A DNA stretch of 64,000 nucleotides from Spirochaetia bacterium. Lineage in GTDB: Bacteria > Spirochaetota > Spirochaetia > SZUA-6 > Bin103. A program made the position numbers and the translations under genes. The stretch is from NCBI GenBank assembly GCA_965199955.1, contig CBDATQ010000002.1, positions 192,001 to 256,000 on the forward strand. The letters run 5' to 3'. Under the pieces are notes generated by a model. That model was not told the origin of the DNA. It ran no database searches and was given only the letters and a program-made list of their open reading frames with translations. Positions 61,158 through 64,000 of this stretch are shown piece after piece. Each line of letters starts with the position of its first letter. The first letter of the stretch is position 1.

Positions 61158-62039
61158 ATGGCACGCACTACGCCTGAGCAGGTCCGTTCGTTCCAGGAGA
61201 CGGGGTACCTGCTCGTGCCCGGCGTCCTGTCCGACGCCGAAACGCAGCCGGTGATCGACGAGCTGGAGGCGTTCATCGACCGGCGGGCGGGCGAGCTGTA
61301 TGACGAGGGCAAGCTCACCGACCGGTGCGAGGGCGCGCCGTTCGACACCCGCTACGGCCTGTTGCTCAGGCAGACCGGCGAGATCGGCGACGGCATGGAC
61401 ATCATGCAGATGCGGACCCCGGCGATGTTCGCGTTCCTGTCCAACGAGCGCCTGCTGGACCTGGTCGAGCCGCTGGTCGGCTCCGAGATCACCTGCAACC
61501 CCATCCAGCACGTGCGCGCCAAGCCGCCGTCCGATTTCGGAGACAGCAGTTGGTCCCACGGCGTGCCGTGGCATCAGGACGCCGGGGTCATGATGAAGGA
61601 GGCGGAAGGCTCCAACGTGGTCACCTGCTGGCTGCCGCTCGGCGACAGCACCGTGGAGATGGGCTGTTTGCAGGTCCTCCCCGGAGTGTCGAAGCTGGGC
61701 TACCTGCGCCATCAGAAAGAGGGCGGCACAATGATCGTCCCCGACCTGATGCCGGAGGCGGAGCCGGTGCTGCTGGAGTGCGTGCGGGGCGACGTGATCC
61801 TGCTCACGCGCTTCACGCCGCATTGCTCGGTGCCGAACGTCTCCGACCGGTGCCGGTGGTCGCTCGACCTGCGCTACCAGCCGACCGGGCAGCACACCGG
61901 CCGCCCGGCGCACCCGGACTTCGTCGTCCGCAGCCGCACGGACCCGTCCAGCGTCATGGCCAGCTACGACACCTGGAGCCGGCTCTGGGCCGACGCGCTG
62001 GAGAACCCCCGCAAAGGGCAGGGCCACCGCACCGACTGA
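61158..62039 (+). CDS. PhyH-family dioxygenase
   Basis: FQETGYLLVPGVL, VRAKPP, PWHQDAG, GCLQVLPG, GDVIL..TPHCS.PN..RWSLDLRY. Confidence 0.9.
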   Translation: MARTTPEQVRSFQETGYLLVPGVLSDAETQPVIDELEAFIDRRAGELYDEGKLTDRCEGAPFDTRYGLLLRQTGEIGDGMDIMQMRTPAMFAFLSNERLLDLVEPLVGSEITCNPIQHVRAKPPSDFGDSSWSHGVPWHQDAGVMMKEAEGSNVVTCWLPLGDSTVEMGCLQVLPGVSKLGYLRHQKEGGTMIVPDLMPEAEPVLLECVRGDVILLTRFTPHCSVPNVSDRCRWSLDLRYQPTGQHTGRPAHPDFVVRSRTDPSSVMASYDTWSRLWADALENPRKGQGHRTD

Positions 62040-62049
62040 CCGGCTTCGG

Positions 62050-63432
62050 TCAGTCCCAGAAAGCCGGGCCGTAGGGGGTCGCCATCTCGCCGGAGGCGTC
62101 GCGCGCCGCCGCGAGCTCCGCGCGCATCGCCTGCAGGCGATGCCGCTGCTCCGGGTGCCCGGCCAGGTCGCTCATCTCCCAGGGATCGGCCTCCAGGTCG
62201 AACAACTGCGTCACCGTCCCGTCGCCGGCCCGGTACTCGATGAGCTTGTAGCGGCGGTCCTTGATCGCGCGCTGACTGTCCCAGTAGGCGAGGTAGAGCC
62301 GCTCACGTGCGTGGTGGTCCCGGTCGGCCAGCGCCGGAGCCAGCGAGCGGCCGGTGACGCTGTCGGGGACGGGCAGGCCGGTCAGATCGCAGAGCGTCGG
62401 GAAGATGTCCAGCAGATAGGCGTAGCTGTCGCGCGTCTGGCCCCGCGGCACGCCGGGGCCGGCGAAGATCAGCGGCACCCGCACGGAGTGTTCGTAGAGG
62501 TTCTGCTTGCCCATCAGGCCGTGCTGGCCGACTGCCAGCCCGTTGTCGCCGGCCATGACGATGATCGTGTCGTCGGCAAGACCGCGCTCCTCCAGCGCGT
62601 CGAGCAGCCGGCCGGTCTCCGCGTCCAGGTGGGTGATCATCGCGTAGTACTCGGCGATGTGGCGCCGCACCTCCGCCTCGTCGCGCGGGTGCGCGGCCAG
62701 CAGCTCGTCGCGGATGTCCAGCGCGCCGTTGTCGAACGGATGATGTGGGAGGAAGTTGGGCGGCAGCGTCAGCCGTTCCGGGTCGTAGCGGCGCAGGTAC
62801 TCGGCCGGCATGACGCGCGGGTCGTGCGGTGCCATGAACGACACGTACATCAGGAACGGGGCCGACGCATCGGTGTGCCGGAGCCGCTCGATCGCCGCGT
62901 CGCAGAACAGCCGGCTGGAGTGCACGCCGGCGCGGATCCCGTCGCCGCGGCGGACGCGCACCTCGTTCGAGGAGAGCCACTCCGGTACCTGCGGCAGCGT
63001 GCCGGCGTAGCGCCCGGTCGGGTCGTAGCGGAAGGCCGGCACGTTCCAGTGGTCCTCCATGCCGCCGAGGAAGATCTCGGCGCCGTCCTGGAAGCTGCGG
63101 TTGAAGCTCGCCGAGCCGTTGTGCCACTTGCCGGTGCCCCACGTGCGGTAGCCGTGGCGGGCGAGATGCTCGCCGAGCAGCACGTGGCCGGCGGGGATGT
63201 CCTCGCCCGTACCTTCGATCCGGAACAGGTCGCGCCCGGTGTGCAGCATCGCCCGGCTCGGCATGCAGATCGCGCCGGTGGTGCCGCCGGGGATGTGCGC
63301 GTGGGTGAAGGCCGTGCCGCGCTCCATCAGGCGGTCGAGGTGCGGCGTGTGGACCTCGACCGCGCCCAGGGCGCCGATCGTGTCGAAGCGCTGGTCGTCC
63401 GTGAACAGGACCAGGATGTTCGGCGGTGCCAT
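62050..63432 (-). CDS. Sulfatase (choline-sulfatase-like)
   Basis: PNILVLFTDDQR, CMPSRAMLHTGR, GKWHN, APHDPR, GDNG, GKQNLYEHSVRVP. Confidence 0.92.
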   Translation of the reverse strand: MAPPNILVLFTDDQRFDTIGALGAVEVHTPHLDRLMERGTAFTHAHIPGGTTGAICMPSRAMLHTGRDLFRIEGTGEDIPAGHVLLGEHLARHGYRTWGTGKWHNGSASFNRSFQDGAEIFLGGMEDHWNVPAFRYDPTGRYAGTLPQVPEWLSSNEVRVRRGDGIRAGVHSSRLFCDAAIERLRHTDASAPFLMYVSFMAPHDPRVMPAEYLRRYDPERLTLPPNFLPHHPFDNGALDIRDELLAAHPRDEAEVRRHIAEYYAMITHLDAETGRLLDALEERGLADDTIIVMAGDNGLAVGQHGLMGKQNLYEHSVRVPLIFAGPGVPRGQTRDSYAYLLDIFPTLCDLTGLPVPDSVTGRSLAPALADRDHHARERLYLAYWDSQRAIKDRRYKLIEYRAGDGTVTQLFDLEADPWEMSDLAGHPEQRHRLQAMRAELAAARDASGEMATPYGPAFWD

Positions 63433-63437
63433 CGGGG

Positions 63438-64000
63438 TCAGCCCACCGGCAGGGTGCGTCCGCTGTGGGCGCGGCCGATGCGGGCGACTTCTTCGCGCCC
63501 GCTGGACACGACGCGTATGCCGCGGTCGATCTGACGGGTGATGTTGTCGGCCGTGCCACCCCCCAGGAACGCCACGCCGTTGGCGGCGCAGGCGGCGCGC
63601 ACCCGTTCGTTCGCTTCGATCACCCGCGGGTCGTACTGCCCCTCGACGCGTTCCACGCCGTAGGACATGTGCAGGTCGCCGGGACCGCACTCTGCGAACC
63701 CCAGCCCGGGCACGGCCACCATCTGCTCGATGTGGGCCACCCCGCGCACCGACTCCACCTTGATGCCCAGCAGCAATTCGCCGTCGGGATTGAGCGGCCA
63801 CGGGTCGCACCTGGCGACGTACTCGTCGATCTCGACGCCCCAGATGGTCGCCGCCTCCGGCTCGGAGCCGACCCCGCGGGTGCCGCGCTCCAACCCGGCG
63901 CCAACGCCTGCCATGTTGCGCGGGTAACGGCACGACTCCACGAAGGCGCGCACGGCGTCGGGCGTCTCCGCCTGGCACAGCAGGATGCCGTGCACGCCGC
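63438..64000 (-). CDS. HpcH/HpaI aldolase family protein (5' end outside the window)
   Basis: HGILLC, RYP, KVESVRGV, ECGPGDL.MSYG. Confidence 0.75.
   Translation of the reverse strand, partial: GVHGILLCQAETPDAVRAFVESCRYPRNMAGVGAGLERGTRGVGSEPEAATIWGVEIDEYVARCDPWPLNPDGELLLGIKVESVRGVAHIEQMVAVPGLGFAECGPGDLHMSYGVERVEGQYDPRVIEANERVRAACAANGVAFLGGGTADNITRQIDRGIRVVSSGREEVARIGRAHSGRTLPVG

Overview
High-GC bacterial chromosome segment; I found no rRNA, tRNA, CRISPR array or intact IS. The left half (1-30.8 kb) is core metabolism. It holds a folE plus folB-folP fusion, mdh-fumC, a three-subunit sdhCAB behind pepF, and an HCF101-class Mrp Fe-S carrier with three ferredoxins and a ferredoxin-NADP reductase. 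It ends in a ~13 kb co-oriented respiratory supercluster: HEAT protein, Rieske, split b6-like cytochrome b with a heme-ci cysteine, an octaheme cytochrome c, two unknown membrane proteins, a blue-copper-motif lipoprotein, and an A-family oxidase (order I-III-IV-x-x-II) whose subunit I lacks the K-channel lysine. The right half (31-64 kb) is accessory catabolism: a convergently split family-5 ABC importer, beta-propeller glycosidase-like proteins, three intact sulfatases, PhyH dioxygenases, oxidoreductases and an ankyrin protein. Two window-wide patterns stand out. First, about a dozen gene remnants, several 'collapsed' to N-terminal, middle and C-terminal motifs joined by large internal deletions. 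Second, six toxin-antitoxin loci, of which only mazEF is intact. The gene mix resembles host-associated (e.g. marine sponge) metagenome bins, but that is inference. All calls come from motif recognition by eye; no searches were run.
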